Shown in pieces: positions 47,123 through 61,768 of a DNA stretch of 64,000 nt. Positions within the stretch are counted from its first letter, which is position 1. Each line of letters starts with the position of its first letter. Made by a program: the position numbers and the translations under genes. Source of the DNA: Octopus sinensis (Eukaryota); the NCBI RefSeq assembly GCF_006345805.1, contig NC_043004.1:52886001-52950000 (forward strand), read 5' to 3'. The notes beneath the pieces were generated by a model. That model was not told where the DNA came from and searched no databases. It saw only the letters and a program-made list of their open reading frames with translations.

Positions 47123-47901
47123 GGCATTCTTAACGGAGATTCATTTCATATTGATTTACTGATGCTATGAAGAAGATATGACGGAAAACACATTAGGTGT
47201 AGTACATAGTAGGTTTATAAATGAAACATGAATACAGATGTTATGCTAGTGATTTATGTCATTTTCATACGACACTAAAACGTCTAAGAATATTCTAGAC
47301 TACCAACCATGGCTTATGGATTGGAAAATGGTACTGAAAAATATTTCGTGTAAAGTAATTATTGAAATGTGTAGAATGTTCTCAAAAACAATGGTGATTT
47401 TCTTTAGAAAATGTAGTTAAAAAAAGTTTATATTCGTGAATACACTAGTTTATAAAGACAACTTCAAGAGATCGTGTAGTCTGTTGGCTCAAGGAATTCA
47501 ACTGAAAATGAACCAGGGATAACTAAAGAGTGACAGCATTGCATTAAAGAACGAAAAATACAAGTGAATCTAGAGACATTTAACGTAGATATCAAAAAAC
47601 CTGGGCAAACTGACGACAAGGAGGTCGACAGAGAAAAATGGCATAAATTTGAATCTTCTTTACATTTCTTATTTTCTATAAAGTGCTGCAGTGCTTATAT
47701 TAATTAATTAAGGTCATCATCATCTCTAGAACGTATATGCAAATAATAACTACCATATATACTTCTGCTCGAGTCGGTTAGTAATGTTAAAAAACAAAAC
47801 AAGTGAATTACGTATTCCATTCTTTCTGACAGGAAAAATATGAAGAAACGCCCTTTCCTAAAGCAGCAACAAACACCTACGCAGACATATACACACACGT
47901 G

Positions 47902-47906
<5 letters not shown>

Positions 47907-47967
<61 letters not shown>

Positions 47968-48042
47968 TATATATATGTATGTATGTAATATATATATATA
48001 TATATATATATATATCTATATATATATATTATATATATATAC

Positions 48043-48095
<53 letters not shown>

Positions 48096-48121
48096 ATATA
48101 TATATATATACATATATATAT

Positions 48122-48169
<48 letters not shown>

Positions 48170-48269
48170 AATATGAATATATATATATATATGCATACAT
48201 ATATATATATATATATGAATGTATATATATATATATATTCATATATATGTGTATATATATATATGTATG

Positions 48270-48305
<36 letters not shown>
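47907..48305. repeat. Long degenerate (TA)n tract
   Basis: Read directly. Similar TA tracts occur at about 34.8-35.0, 49.46-49.62, 53.5, 53.7 and 54.8-55.0 kb, among others. Confidence 0.95.
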
Positions 48306-48307
<2 letters not shown>

Positions 48308-48695
48308 ATATTGTTTCACATATGTCATATATATAGTAGTGTTTATGTGTCTATGCATACACTTATGAATACCTAAATCCAATATAAGTATAATTATTTA
48401 ACGGAGGCTTTATCGATTCAGACTGAGTTGAGGATCCTAACACAACCGTATTTATAAATTAGTCACGAGTCACATCAAGGAGTGGTTAAGAAAAATTTTT
48501 TTGTAATAGATTATTTTACGTAATGTATATGAAGTACCTATGACATTATTGTGAACGAGGTACATTTATTTCATTTTATTACATTTGTTCAAATTTCCCT
48601 AAACATCATAAACATGTATACGTATACTCCCATAAAGTGATTGATATATATATATATACATATACATACATATATATATACATATACATTCATAC

Positions 48696-48766
<71 letters not shown>

Positions 48767-48846
48767 TATATATCTATGGGTATAAGTATGTATACAAGGA
48801 TATATGTATATAAGTATGCATTTATTAATGTATATACAGACATATA

Positions 48847-49276
48847 GGTGCAGGAGTGGCTGCGTGGTAAGTAGCTTGCCTACCAACCACATGGTTCCGG
48901 GTTCAGTCCCACTGCGTGGCACCTTGGGCAAGTGTCTTCTACTATAATCTCGGGCCGACCAAAGGCATGTGAGTGGATTTGGTAGACGGAAACTGAAAGA
49001 AGCCTGTCGTATATATGTATATATGTATAATATATATATATGTGTGTGTGTGCGTGCGTGTATGTTTGTGTGTCTGTGTCTGTCCCCCTAGCATTGCTTG
49101 ACAACCGATGCTGGTGTGTTTATGTCCCCGTCACTTAGCTGTTCGGCAAAAAGAGACCGATAGAATAAGTACTGGGCTTACAAAGAATGAGTCCCGGGGT
49201 CGATTTGCTCGACTAAAGGCGGTGCTCCAGCATGGCCGCAGTCAAATGACTGAAACAAGTAGAAGAGTAAAGAGTA
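48847..49276 (+). mobile_element. SINE family A, full length
   Basis: Same architecture as the 16021 and 40554 copies. Confidence 0.92.
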
Positions 49277-49472
49277 TATATTGCCAGAGTTATGGGACAT
49301 AGAGATGATACACATCCCCCTCTCTCCTCCCTCTCTTCTCGTCTCTCTGTTTACCTATCTATCTACTTATTCCAATCTTTCTGACGGGAAAAATATGAAA
49401 AAAACGCTCTTTAATAAAGCAGTAACAAAAACCTACACAGATACACATACGCACACCTGAATGTATATATAT

Positions 49473-49537
<65 letters not shown>

Positions 49538-49568
49538 CATATATATATATATATATATATAATATATA

Positions 49569-49606
<38 letters not shown>

Positions 49607-51189
49607 TATATATAAGTATATGCATAAGCGCGTGATTTGGTATGTGCTCATTTCTATACAAACAATATGCGAACAAATATAACAAATATATATGTACGTA
49701 CCATTTATCAATAATATGTTTCTTTCTATATATATATGTATGTATGTATATATATATATATGTATATAAAACATATCTATAAGTATGAATATATGCATGT
49801 ATATATGTGTGTATATGTGTATTGGCGTGTACTGGTCTATGTCTCATATTCCGTTAGATAATTGATGGTGCATAACACCAACAAAACAACAACAACAACA
49901 CTAATAAATATATGCCTGCAGTTGAAACAAAGAGAAACAATATGGCAGCTGTACTTCAGTTAGTGTTTATCAAAAGGGTGAAGGATAAAGTATATCGAAA
50001 GCATTATCGAGTGAAATTCTCCTAAAACTGATTAAAACTGTCAATTGCCAAATAGATGGCATGATTAAGTTGTATCGATTGTTGTGTTATTGATTACATC
50101 GATGGGTAGGTTGCGAGATGCTTGTGTCCGATTTTGGCGTGGCTATGTTTCGTAGAAATAGGGGAGAGGGTGGTGATGGTTTTAGCGGTGACGATGGAGT
50201 CGTATAGACTGTATTTTTTAGTGTACGTGTGCGTATGTTTGTGTGAGTGTGTGTGTTTGTAGTTCATGTACAGAAAGAGGAGAGTGAATTTGGCACTACA
50301 TTACATGCGCATGCTTGTTGTATGTAGGGATGTAATTGTGCGTATATATACATATACATGCTTAGAAATATATATGTATATATACATATATATATATATA
50401 GATATATATATATATATATATGTATGTATATATACATAAATATATCCATATATACATAAGTATATAAGTATATCATGTTTATATATATATATATATATAG
50501 ATATATATATATACATGATATACTTATACATGTATATATACATTTAGACAGGAGAGAAGCAGACAGAGGGAGGAAAAGAGAGACTTACAAATATATAAGA
50601 GTGTATGCACGTATGTTTGTATGTATAAACGTATAAATAGTTATACGTATATCTTTATGTATGTATGTATGTATGCATGTATGTACGCAGGGAGACACAA
50701 AACAACAATACAGTGTGTCGCCGGTCTGATTCACTGCCATTTGGAAAGACGACTTTACAAAACTTTGACTTTTATGCTTCCAAGTCTTTCTAAATGGCTT
50801 TTAATTTCCTGTGTTTACATCGTTCACACTGCACATGTACGCACAAAATAAGTACATAGATAAAATACAGGTGACTCACAAACACATGAATACGAGAATA
50901 ACTCATTGGTGAAGTTGCAAACGAAAATTCGCATGCATACACATTGAGGGTACATACGTATTATTCAATCTGGTTTTACTCGCACATAAATAACAAATAC
51001 TCACTGAATGAATGCTACAATGCAAGACGTAGGGTGAAATATAATGAGACGTTAATGTGGTGTGGTTTATTAGTTTAAGTTTATCAAAATTTCGAAGGAG
51101 CTGCCAGCATTCTCAAAATATCGACTTTTGGATTCTTGTCTTTACCCTTCATCTACCTGCGTGAATATAGGCTAATGACTAAATGAGTA

Positions 51190-51432
51190 CGATCGTTGAT
51201 ACATCCAGCCAAAAGAGTTTTCGTTCGAAAGATTTCTAAAGTAACGGATCGCGACAGAGTGCGTAACTTGGAAATGAAGGATTTTCTTATTCTCTGTTTT
51301 GAGAGATCAATTCTCCGATACTGAAGAAATGTGATTAGAATGTTGCAGGAGAGAATAACAAGGCTGATTCTCAAGCCGAAAGAAAGAGGCAGGTGACCTT
51401 AGAGTAGACCAAGAATAAGATGGCTGGATATA
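51190..51432 (+). mobile_element. RTE-clade LINE 3' remnant
   Basis: FVRKISKVTDRDRVRN..ERSILRY*RNVIRMLQER..RGR*P*SRPRIRWLD matches the RTE C-terminus DR.RN...LRW.GHV.RM...GRPR.RW.D. Confidence 0.75.
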
Positions 51433-51519
51433 TTCATGCACACACACGAACGCACACAGATGCACATGCACATGCACACACACACATACGTACATATATA
51501 TGTGTGTGTGTGTGTATTA

Positions 51520-52497
51520 ATAATGGGGGGGGGGTGTCCTACTTATGGCACCCGCATGCTAACGATAGCAATCAAAACGACTCAAAACCAGTTTTCGTTT
51601 GTACACAGTGCCGTTATCAAGGGAAACGTCAATAAAAATTTAAGACTTTGCAGACGAAAAGAATCGAAAATGCAAATCAGACATACCCATATTACAGGGA
51701 TTTCGAACTTTGTGAATGATCACTTTGTTCTCGTCAGTGAGTAATACTGAGCCAGGGTCAAAAACAAGCCCGCTTCATCCTTGTGCTCGATAATCATTTT
51801 TAATGCCACGGCAAATTTAAAGGGATGATCGAGATGAAAAAAAATTATAAAAATATGAGGATATTAATGTTAATAAAATATTTTACCCTAATATCAGTGG
51901 CTAACATGCGTAAAAGAAATATAAAGTCATAATTATCAATTAATTATGAAGAGTACTACTTGTAGAATGAGCATGCTAAAGATAGCAATGAAATCGACTC
52001 AAAACAACAGACGGACTTGTCCTGATATCCACTCAGAAGTAGTCACTGGACAAGGAAAGGTGAAAATGTGTTTATTTTAAGATTTCCAGCAGACATGCCA
52101 TTTGAATTCAAGAGACTTCAATTTCCAGTATGAGTTAGTTTTGTAATGTCGATTAACAAGAATCAAAGACAATCGCTGAAAATTGTTGTTCTTCACCTCA
52201 TGCACAAGTGCTTTTCACATGGTCAGCTCTATGTTGGTTGTTGCCGAGTTGGAAATGACAACAATCTCTTCATATTCACACCAAATAGTAAAACCAAGAA
52301 TATTGTTTATCCTGCTGCTTCACAGTGTTCTCCAAATATCACATATATACAAAGTTCTCAAAATCTGAAACTCTCTGATATAAATGTGAGATGGTAGGAT
52401 ACCAATAAATACTCACTTTTGTTTTGGGCCACAGTCCCAAATAGCACTCAGCAGGAGGCAATCCAAAATTCCGCACGGAGTGCGGCTTTTAAGCTGG
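51520..52497 (+). mobile_element. Helitron remnant with Pif1-helicase C-terminus and 3' terminus (5' end approximate)
   Basis: 52030-52330 reads GKGENVFILR..DMPFEFKRLQFPV*VSFVMSINKNQRQSL..CFSHGQLYVGCCRVG..TKNIVY. The 3' hairpin CCGCAC-GGA-GTGCGG (52471-52485) is followed by CTGG|T (CTRR). A 35-bp direct repeat lies at 51554 and 51971. Confidence 0.85.
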
Positions 52498-52526
52498 TAT
52501 ATATATGCATACACACACATATCTAA

Positions 52527-52579
<53 letters not shown>

Positions 52580-52580
52580 T

Positions 52581-52642
<62 letters not shown>

Positions 52643-52682
52643 AGAATATATATATGTATATATATACATAGCGCCGTACGCT

Positions 52683-52742
52683 ATGTGTACTTACATATAA
52701 GAGAACAAAGTGTACTTTGTTCTCTTATATGTAAGTACACAT
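52683..52742. repeat. Perfect 60-bp palindrome (29-bp arms, 2-nt centre)
   Basis: ATGTGTACTTACATATAAGAGAACAAAGT-GT-ACTTTGTTCTCTTATATGTAAGTACACAT. Confidence 0.97.
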
Positions 52743-52994
52743 TTTTCAAAATCTTGTATGTCTCTATTTCTCTCACCCCTTTCACGCTTATTTGTTCATT
52801 CCACTCTTCGTTCTTTCGTTCCCCCTCTCTCACGTTTTTTCCTTCTCTTCTTGCTCACTTTCCATCCACTTTTCACTTCACTGTGTCCCTGTCATTTTTT
52901 CTGGCCCCTCCTTAATTCTTCTGTCCCTCTGTTTCTACTTTTTTCTCTTCTCTTCCCACGTGACCAATCGGCCAAGTCTGCTCTTTCTTTCTTG

Positions 52995-53420
52995 GTCTAA
53001 CCATTGTCGTGCAACCTCGATATTCTTCCCTGTGTTTGTGAAATTTCTGTATCTCTACCGTAAGGCTTCATTTCCACACGCGCCAGCTTAATTCAATTCG
53101 TCCTTCGTCGAAAGACACCTGTTGCTATGTCCTATTATTATTTTTTTTGTATTTATATTTGTGTAGCCTTGTACGTTATCTTTTCTTTTCTTTACTACCC
53201 ACTAGGGTTATCTTTGTTTAGTTTTTCCTTGGGGCTGGTCAAATTGGGGCAATCTCGTGTATAAACAGCCAAAATTGCTTGGATAATCTGGTGCTTGACT
53301 GAAGAATAAAAACTACGAATGACCGTCCTTGTTTTTTTGTATCGTCTATCTGGAGGTTTTGTTGTCCCTTTCTGCATCACGTAGCTGTCCGGATGTTTTG
53401 CGTTCTTGTCCCATTTTGTA
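52995..53420 (-). repeat. Unclassified interspersed repeat (copy 1)
   Basis: Reverse complement is homologous to 60770-61170 (GGGACAAGAA..CGATACAAAAAA..CTTCAGTCAAG..CCAAGGAAAAACTAA..GTCTTTCGAC). Confidence 0.75.
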
Positions 53421-53470
53421 TTATATATATATATATATATGTAGTGGCGTACGTACACTTTGTTCTCATA

Positions 53471-53540
<70 letters not shown>

Positions 53541-53683
53541 TATATATATATAAGTATATGAAAGAATGGAGTTGAACGACTAGTTAACAAATATCCTTTA
53601 TTCTGATGTGAATTTGCTACCCAGGTATCGGTTATCTTTCGAATTATCCTTAATAAGATACTTCATTCAACTACTCAAATATA

Positions 53684-53788
<105 letters not shown>

Positions 53789-54824
53789 CCGGGACGTGCC
53801 GCCTAGGTTGGCAGCGCAGTCAGTGCACACCTTGATTAAAATAGATTTATAGCAACATTTTTCTTTTATGGCAAAATATGCACCTAATTTAATAAAATTA
53901 GGAAGGTTACTCTGATTACTATGCATAAAATCCAAAATATTTTCAATTTTTGTCGTTTAGGTACGCATAATCCTTCCCTGCTTTTCAATCTGAGTATCTA
54001 AGCTAAGCACAGTATTATTGTTGCATACGTACTGCGTACACTCTCACAGCACCGGTTTGTTTACGTACTATAAAGGCAGGAATAGATCTGCCATCGACAC
54101 GGATGCGCGCCCGTGTGTCGCATTTCTTTCGTTTTTTTCCTTCAGTTTCATCTCATTTCCATTTATTTCCATTTTTCCGATATCCAGCGATACCAACTAT
54201 CTTTATATCTTTATATCTTTATATATAAAGAATATTTTTATTCTTTTATCTAGATAACTATTTTAATGATAGTTAAATGAATGTCACCAAGTGCCTACAC
54301 TGATTAATTAATGACGAGACGCGCCTGATATGTGTGTGTGTTTGTGTGTGTGTGTAGTTCAAATTTAAAGAAAGCAAAAGACACGTGAAGGAACGACACG
54401 CAGGGGCATTAGTTTGACACTCCGAAGAAATGGAAATGTTTTTCGTTTCGATTCTGCGCCCTTCAATTAAAAGGATTAAGGAGAAAAAATGAGGGAACAA
54501 ATATTAAAAGAGAGAGAAAATGATGTGTAGGAACATGATGTAATGACTGAAAGGCTGAATGAAGTAATGATAACAACAGTGACTCGCCAGAACTAGAGTG
54601 CGCAAGCGATTGTGCCTCTGTGTAAGAATGTTGTGTGTGACCGTGTTTGTGTGAAATGGTGACGAACGCGTTTGAATATATGCGTAAGTGAGCTTAAAAT
54701 TATGTATGCCTATGCATGCGTAGAGAGCCCCTAAACACATACACACATATATATACATATATACGTACATACACTTTTCTGTGTTTGTGTATATATATGT
54801 ATATGTATGTATGTATCTATGTGG

Positions 54825-54990
<166 letters not shown>

Positions 54991-55733
54991 TATCTTCAAT
55001 ACATTAACGAATCTAGCGGAAACTATTCGAAGCTACATATCTTTAGAATATAACATTCTCACTTAACTAGTTAGAAAACAAATTAAAAATAACGGTGTCA
55101 CATATTTGCAAAAGAAAAACATTAGCAACTTATACGTACACGTATCACGATTATACTTATCCTACAACTTAACTTTTAGTATAACATTAAAATTAAACTC
55201 AAAATGTGTCAATTTGTATGTGACCCTATGTCTTTGTGTGTTTATATATGTGTTTGTGCGTGTTTAAACCCTCACGTTCTGCGAAATATATTGTAAACAT
55301 TCTTATACACTAATCAATATTGGTCTTCTATTATCTCATTCAGATTTTCTGTCACTTAAGTATTTCTTCTTTGTATTATACACAAAGCTCAGGAAAAATA
55401 TGTGTATGTGTGTTTTGTACATTTTAACCGATCATTAAATTTACTTTTAGCGTGTTAATTACGCAATTAATTGGCTAATATAAACCGGAACTCTCTATTT
55501 GGCATCCAGATTATTATTCTGGCCGTTATGCAAAATTTTGTGCATGTATAGTTGGATGAATGTGTGTGCGTGTGTTTGTGTGTGCGCATGCGTACGTGTG
55601 TGTATGTGTGTGTTAGTGTGTGTCAGTGTATGTTTGTGCGTGCGCGTATTGTGTTTCTTAATTATTGCGCGTGTATGGATGAAAAATTTGCATGGCGGTG
55701 AATGGAAGGATTTAGCTTAACAATGATCATATA

Positions 55734-57011
55734 TCAGGTTGAATAAAAATAAGCGAGGTTTTGAACCATGAGGAATTAGTACAAGATTATTGCTGAGTTT
55801 TGAATTTTTCAACATTTTTTGGAAATTATCTTATGATACAGACATAGACTTGCCCAAATACATAAATTAATTAACATTATTATTTTTTTTTCACCGTTGT
55901 TACAAGAATCTGAAATGGAACAATCAAAGCGCTATATTCGAGCAATTTTGCTATTCAACTCCAAACAAATGGACGTAGAGCAACTGGAACTACTCACAAT
56001 ATCAACAAAACGTTTGGTGAGGAAATTACCAGTGAGTAGTCAGCTCGAAAATGGTTTAAAAGATTTCGCAGTGGAGACCAGAGGCTTGAAGATTGTAAGC
56101 GTAGTGGACGCTCACCTCTTATTGATGACGGTTAATTAAAGACCGTCATTCAGAAAGTTCCTCATAAAACCACTCGAAAATTGGCAAAAGAACTTCAGGT
56201 TAGTCACAAAACTGCCTGCAACCATTTACCTGCGATTGAAAAATCAAAGCAGCTCGACAAATTGATACCACACGATTTGGATGAAAATCAGAAAATGCGT
56301 AGATATGAAATTCGCTCTTCACTTCTCCGTAACCAGAACGATTCTTTTTTCGACCGCATTGTAACTTGCGATGAAAAGTGGATTCTGTACAATAATGAAA
56401 ATAGTTCTTCGTAATGGTTAGACCAAAATGAAGCACCGAAAACCTTCTCTAAACCCAAGTTTTCCAAAAAGAAGGTTACGGGGTGACTGTTTCATGGTGT
56501 ACTGCTGAATACATCCAATGTCTTCGGACCCGGAAAAACCATTACTGCAGAAACATTACCATGAAATTGCCAAAATGCATGAAAAACTGTTGCTCCTCCG
56601 TCCCAGACTGGTCAATAGAAGAGGGCCAATCATTCTTTATGATTATACCCGACCACACGTTTCACTAATGACGGTCTAGAAGTTGAGGGAACCTCGATAC
56701 AAAGTTCTTCCCCACCCAGCTTACTCCCCAAACCTTTCTCCTATTGACTACCACCTTTTCAAGCACCTTCATGATTTCCTGCCTAAAAAGGAGTTCAAAA
56801 ATCAAACCGATGCTAAAGGTGTGTTCAAAGAGTTCATCATCTCTAGAACTCCTGATTTTTATGTTACCGGAATAAACAAAGTTGTAACTCGTTCGCAAAA
56901 ATGTGTTGATTGCAATGGTACTTAGTTCGATGAATAAAATGTTTGCATTGTTAAAATATATTGTGATTACTTTCAGGTTTCAAAACGTTGCTTACTTTTT
57001 ACTCAACCTGT
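55734..57011 (+). mobile_element. Full-length mariner (DD34D-type) transposon with inactivated transposase
   Basis: 1278 bp between TA dinucleotides, with imperfect TIRs CAGGTTGA(A/G)TAAAAA.TAAGC..GTTTTGAA. Transposase motifs RKWFKRFRSGD..LED, LIPHDL, RIVTCDEKWILY and HPAYSPNLSPIDYHLF, with stops and frameshifts. Confidence 0.93.
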
Positions 57012-57720
57012 TATCTCTGTGCGTATATGTAACTGGATATTATTAGAGAAAAGCCCCATTTTGATGAAGAATTAGATTGCATGTAGCCGGAAAATGAATT
57101 ACAGTGCAAAATTCGAATGTGGGGGAAAATCTGTTGTGCAAAGTAAACTGAACCAAAAAAAAAAAACGAAATGGGTTAAGGCTAGGCTGGCTAATTGGCA
57201 GAGCAATCTAAATATAAAGACAACCTGACGTTGTCGCTTCTGTTGTTTAAAAGGTGTTCTGTATATAGTTATCTTTCCATTTGGTGTTTTCTGTACCAGT
57301 TCACAGGTGTTGGCATTTTTAGTGTAATTAATATGAACAGTCATCAGAATAACTGCTCAGTAGTATGGAACAATGAAGTAAATAACGGAGGGCCGGTGGT
57401 GAGATATTCGGAAGGTGGTATTTCAGTATTATAAATGACGAATGAATTGTGAATTAGCTGGTCACACTTATTTTGTTGGTATCTGAGGAAGAAATATGTT
57501 TAGTAATGCTGCGTTTTTGGCAGGGTGGATAGGTGGTCATATCAGAGGAGACAGATCTACATAAATGATATACTTTTGAGAGAACTCGATCCCAGCATCA
57601 CAGGCGAAAGGTTTGTCTATGATGTGGCGGAAAACGAGACAGGAAATTGAAGGAGCAACGCCAATTAAACTTCATCAGAGTTAGAATCAAGATGTGAGTG
57701 AACAAAATATTCGTTTCAAA

Positions 57721-57917
57721 TTTTGGCACATGACCAGTAATATCGAGGGCGGTTATAAATCGATTACATCAACCCCGGAGCTTAACTGGTACTTATTTTA
57801 TCCACCCGGAAAGGATGGAAGTCAATGTCGACATCGTCGAACACGGAACGTAAGGACGGAGGAAATGCTGATAAACATTTTTTTTCCGGCGTACTAACTA
57901 TTCTGCTAGAACGCTGC
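57721..57917 (-). mobile_element. SINE family B, diverged
   Basis: TCGATTACATCAACCCC..AACTGGTACTTATTTTATC..GAAAGGATG..GTCGAC, as in the 4967 copy. Confidence 0.7.
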
Positions 57918-59847
57918 CCTGTGGATCAACCCTGTGGTTACTATTATGAAGTATTCAGCTATTTGGCTCAACAGATCACCACTAATCTCATAAAACGAGA
58001 AGCACAATGTCACACAGATTCCGTGTAATTCAATGTGAATTATACATGCAAGAAAATGACGTGGTTTTTTAAAATTCTTATTTATGCATTTACAATATTT
58101 AATCCTCCAATTGTAATCAACTCATAATTTTAATATTGCACTTAATACTCCTCACAGTAAGCGGAAACGTGTTACGGGCTGAGAAGACAGCAGGAAAAAT
58201 CTTCAGAGAACTAACACCCGCCATGTTATTGTTTTGACCTCTTATTACTGACACTTATTACTGCCTGGATGAAGTATGTCACAACTTCCGTGTGTCCTCC
58301 TTCCGTTAGTGTAGATTAAATTTGAAACTTTCCAGGGAAGTTATTTCCCTGAAATGTGGTGTGAGTTGCTCCACTACGAGAAGCACCGCAGGAGGTGGGG
58401 GAGTGAACCTATTTCAAACTCCTTTTCCTTTCCATAAAATGCAGTGTCATTCAACGACATGCTAGAGCAAATGAAATATAATCCAACAATCGCGAAGCGA
58501 ACTTACAATACAACAGCTTGCAGGTTTAGCATCGTCTATTTTTCTCGTCATTCCCATCATCATCAATATCTTTCTAGTCCAACAGACAGACGAGTCAGGT
58601 GAATTAACTTCTATAAATGTTACAAAAGGAAATGGGTTGGTTTGTTCAGACAACCGGTGTGCAGCGAAATGAAACAGATGGGATAAGCAAAGTACTTTTA
58701 TATAACAACCACAGCGAAAACAACAAGGTCAGTAACAGAGACAGCAGCAACAGCAATAAACCATTCACAACAGTAACAACAACATCACCGGCTGAGAAGC
58801 AGAAACAACAACAATACCAGTTGAAATAGCAGTGAAAGCAAATGCAGTAACAAAATGAACAACAACTGTAGCAGCAACAATGCGTATGTCAAAGAAACCA
58901 GTTCGATTAGCTTACATTAGCTTTCAAGCAGAACAATTCCAGACCAATTTCCTTCCTGAATGATTGATCAGGAATGAAAACAATGTTCCGTATTTACAAT
59001 GTATATGATGAGTTCATACACGCACACACACACACACATACACACACAACCTATCACACACCCTCACAACACATATACTGTAATGTATATATACATACAT
59101 ATACATATATATATATTTACTCTTACACACTCATGTCTGTTTACGTGTGTGTGTTTATGTACATTTATAGGTGAGTGTATATGCATGTATATTCATGTAT
59201 GTATGTATTTATGTATGTATGTATCTATCTATCTATATATATCTATCTATATGTGTGCGTATAAATATTTATGTATAAATATACACACATTCGCACATGC
59301 ACATTTACACATACATGCGCACACGCACTCACACACACATACACTCACGTGCACACAGACAAGCACTCACACATAGCCACACACGCATGCCCACACACCG
59401 ACAGGACAATCCGCAATCGTTTTGCTCGGTTGCTGCCCAGAGATCTCTGCCATTTCTATTCGTGATACCCAAATTATTCTTCAGCCGTTAAGATTGGCCA
59501 TCAGTTCCGTTGCTGAATTTAGGCAGTATGCGCTTAATATTTCATCATTTGACGGTGATGATGCTCGGCTCCAGTAAAGGACATATCTATTCCTATTCAG
59601 GTATAAGTTTGTGATGGCAGTCATTTCATGACGGTTTGGCTTTTCTTTTTCATACATGAATATTCAGCGGTAATTAAAACAGATCAAGGAAATTGTTGAG
59701 TTCAGAGGATGAAATTTAAAATCTCCTTACACGTAAGTGGGGAGTGTACAATCTACTTTTCAGTTTTCTTACTGGTCAGAGTCGTTACTATATCAATATA
59801 ACACGTGCATTGCTTAGAGAGATAGAAATAGAGATTCACATCCACAA

Positions 59848-59879
<32 letters not shown>

Positions 59880-59884
59880 TATAT

Positions 59885-59918
<34 letters not shown>

Positions 59919-60031
59919 ATACATATATATACATACATCCCCACACACATATATATACATACATATATATCCAGATATATATTTATACATACTGTTATTT
60001 CTTTATGTATTTGCATATTTGCATACACAAG

Positions 60032-60090
<59 letters not shown>

Positions 60091-60102
60091 CGCGCGCGAA
60101 TA

Positions 60103-60161
<59 letters not shown>

Positions 60162-60729
60162 ACAATATGTATAAAGCTTGCGTCTGTGGCGACATAGACA
60201 TATGTGTCTATTTGATGTGTTTTTCCCTTTTACTTCCAGTCCTTTCTATATTATTTTACTACCACCTACTGCTTTCCCGCTAATTCTTTGATAGGACTTT
60301 TCCAAATATAGAACACTTTGGTATGTTTCCACAGTGGAATTCCGGTTGTTGCTTTGCAAGTGTTCCAATGTGTTTGGTTAATTTTGGAAATGTTTTTAGC
60401 TTATATTATATAAAGAACAATAGCTTGTTTTATAGACGCTTCTAAAGGACGAAACATATGTGTATTCGTAACAAAGAGAGTCATTAACAAAGAGGTACCT
60501 TCTATATTCTTAAATTCTTTGTTACTATATAAGAATGATTATGGAAAATTATCTCCCTATTTCTGTATTTGCTGTTTTAATATAAAATACTTTATTGGCT
60601 CCAGTTTATTTTAAAGTCCATTAGATGCTAATAGAAGGTAATTAAACATGGAGGAAATTTTACGAAATATATCTCATGGCAAATGTAATATTTATCCGTT
60701 AATGATATTTGACATTCATCCTGTTTCTT

Positions 60730-60763
<34 letters not shown>

Positions 60764-60769
60764 ATATAT

Positions 60770-61170
60770 ACAAACTGGGACAAGAATGCATAACATTTAG
60801 AAGGCGATACAAAAAACGGACGGGGCATTCGAAGTCTTCAATCTTCAGTCAAGAACCGGATCATCTTCGCAATTTCGGCTGATTAATATTGAGATTTCTC
60901 CAATCTGTCCAGCTCCAAGGAAAAACTAAGCTAAACGCATTGGATTCCTTGGAAAAAGGCTTCGAATGTATATGAAACGGGGACGGAAAACAGACGATGT
61001 TACATGAATAAGAATACAAAAATAATACGTAAAACCAATAATAATAATAATAACAATAACAGGTCATCACAACAGACGTCTTTCGACTGAGACATATTAA
61101 ACTCAGCTGGCGTGTTAGGAATGTGCCTTGGGGAAGAGAAAAAAATTTTATGTTACCACGACCGCTGCCA
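60770..61170 (+). repeat. Unclassified interspersed repeat (copy 2)
   Basis: Homologous to the reverse complement of 52995-53420. Confidence 0.75.
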
Positions 61171-61460
61171 GACCCGTCGAATAAGTATTCTGCATTTTAA
61201 ATATTAAATGTCTACTAACTCTTAGGTGAAACTCGTTGAAAATGTATATGTGACATTACAAGTACTTGCATGCATCTCCTAGTGCTAAGTGCGCCGTTCA
61301 CATAATCATAAGCTGGTGGGTTCATTCTTGAACAGCCCAACTTATTTCGCTTTGCTCTTATCTACTCAGCTAGTCATATTGTAAGTTCTCCGAAGTCATT
61401 ATTTGGCTGCGGCTATGAGGGGGTTTATGTCACCTCGCAACAGTTCTGTTATTTGTCCCC

Positions 61461-61665
61461 TTCTTTCAGACATTTGGTTGCGTCCATGCTGGAGCGCCGC
61501 CTTGGAGGATTTTGAGCCTAGTACTTATTCTATCAAATCTTATGCCGAACCGCTAAGTTACAGGGATGTAATAACCCCAACATCATTTGACAAGCGGTGA
61601 TAGACTGCGGGGTTGCAAACACAAACACAAAGAAACACACATATGTGTACATATATATGTGTGTA

Positions 61666-61714
<49 letters not shown>

Positions 61715-61727
61715 GTCTGTCTGTCTG

Positions 61728-61768
<41 letters not shown>

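Noticed and set aside
47480-47645. Possible RTE C-terminal crumb (..VDREKWH), and a CR1/L2-like WN.L crumb at about 22790-22920
   Set aside because: Too short and degenerate to call.
53300-53335. CTGAAGA...GAATG in the unclassified repeat (also at 60830-60850, minus)
   Set aside because: No GAAA and no convincing stems I or II.
60430-60470. GGACGAAACATATGT, resembling a hammerhead 3' half
   Set aside because: The upstream core reads TAGACGC rather than CTGANGA, H17 would be G, and there is no stem I.
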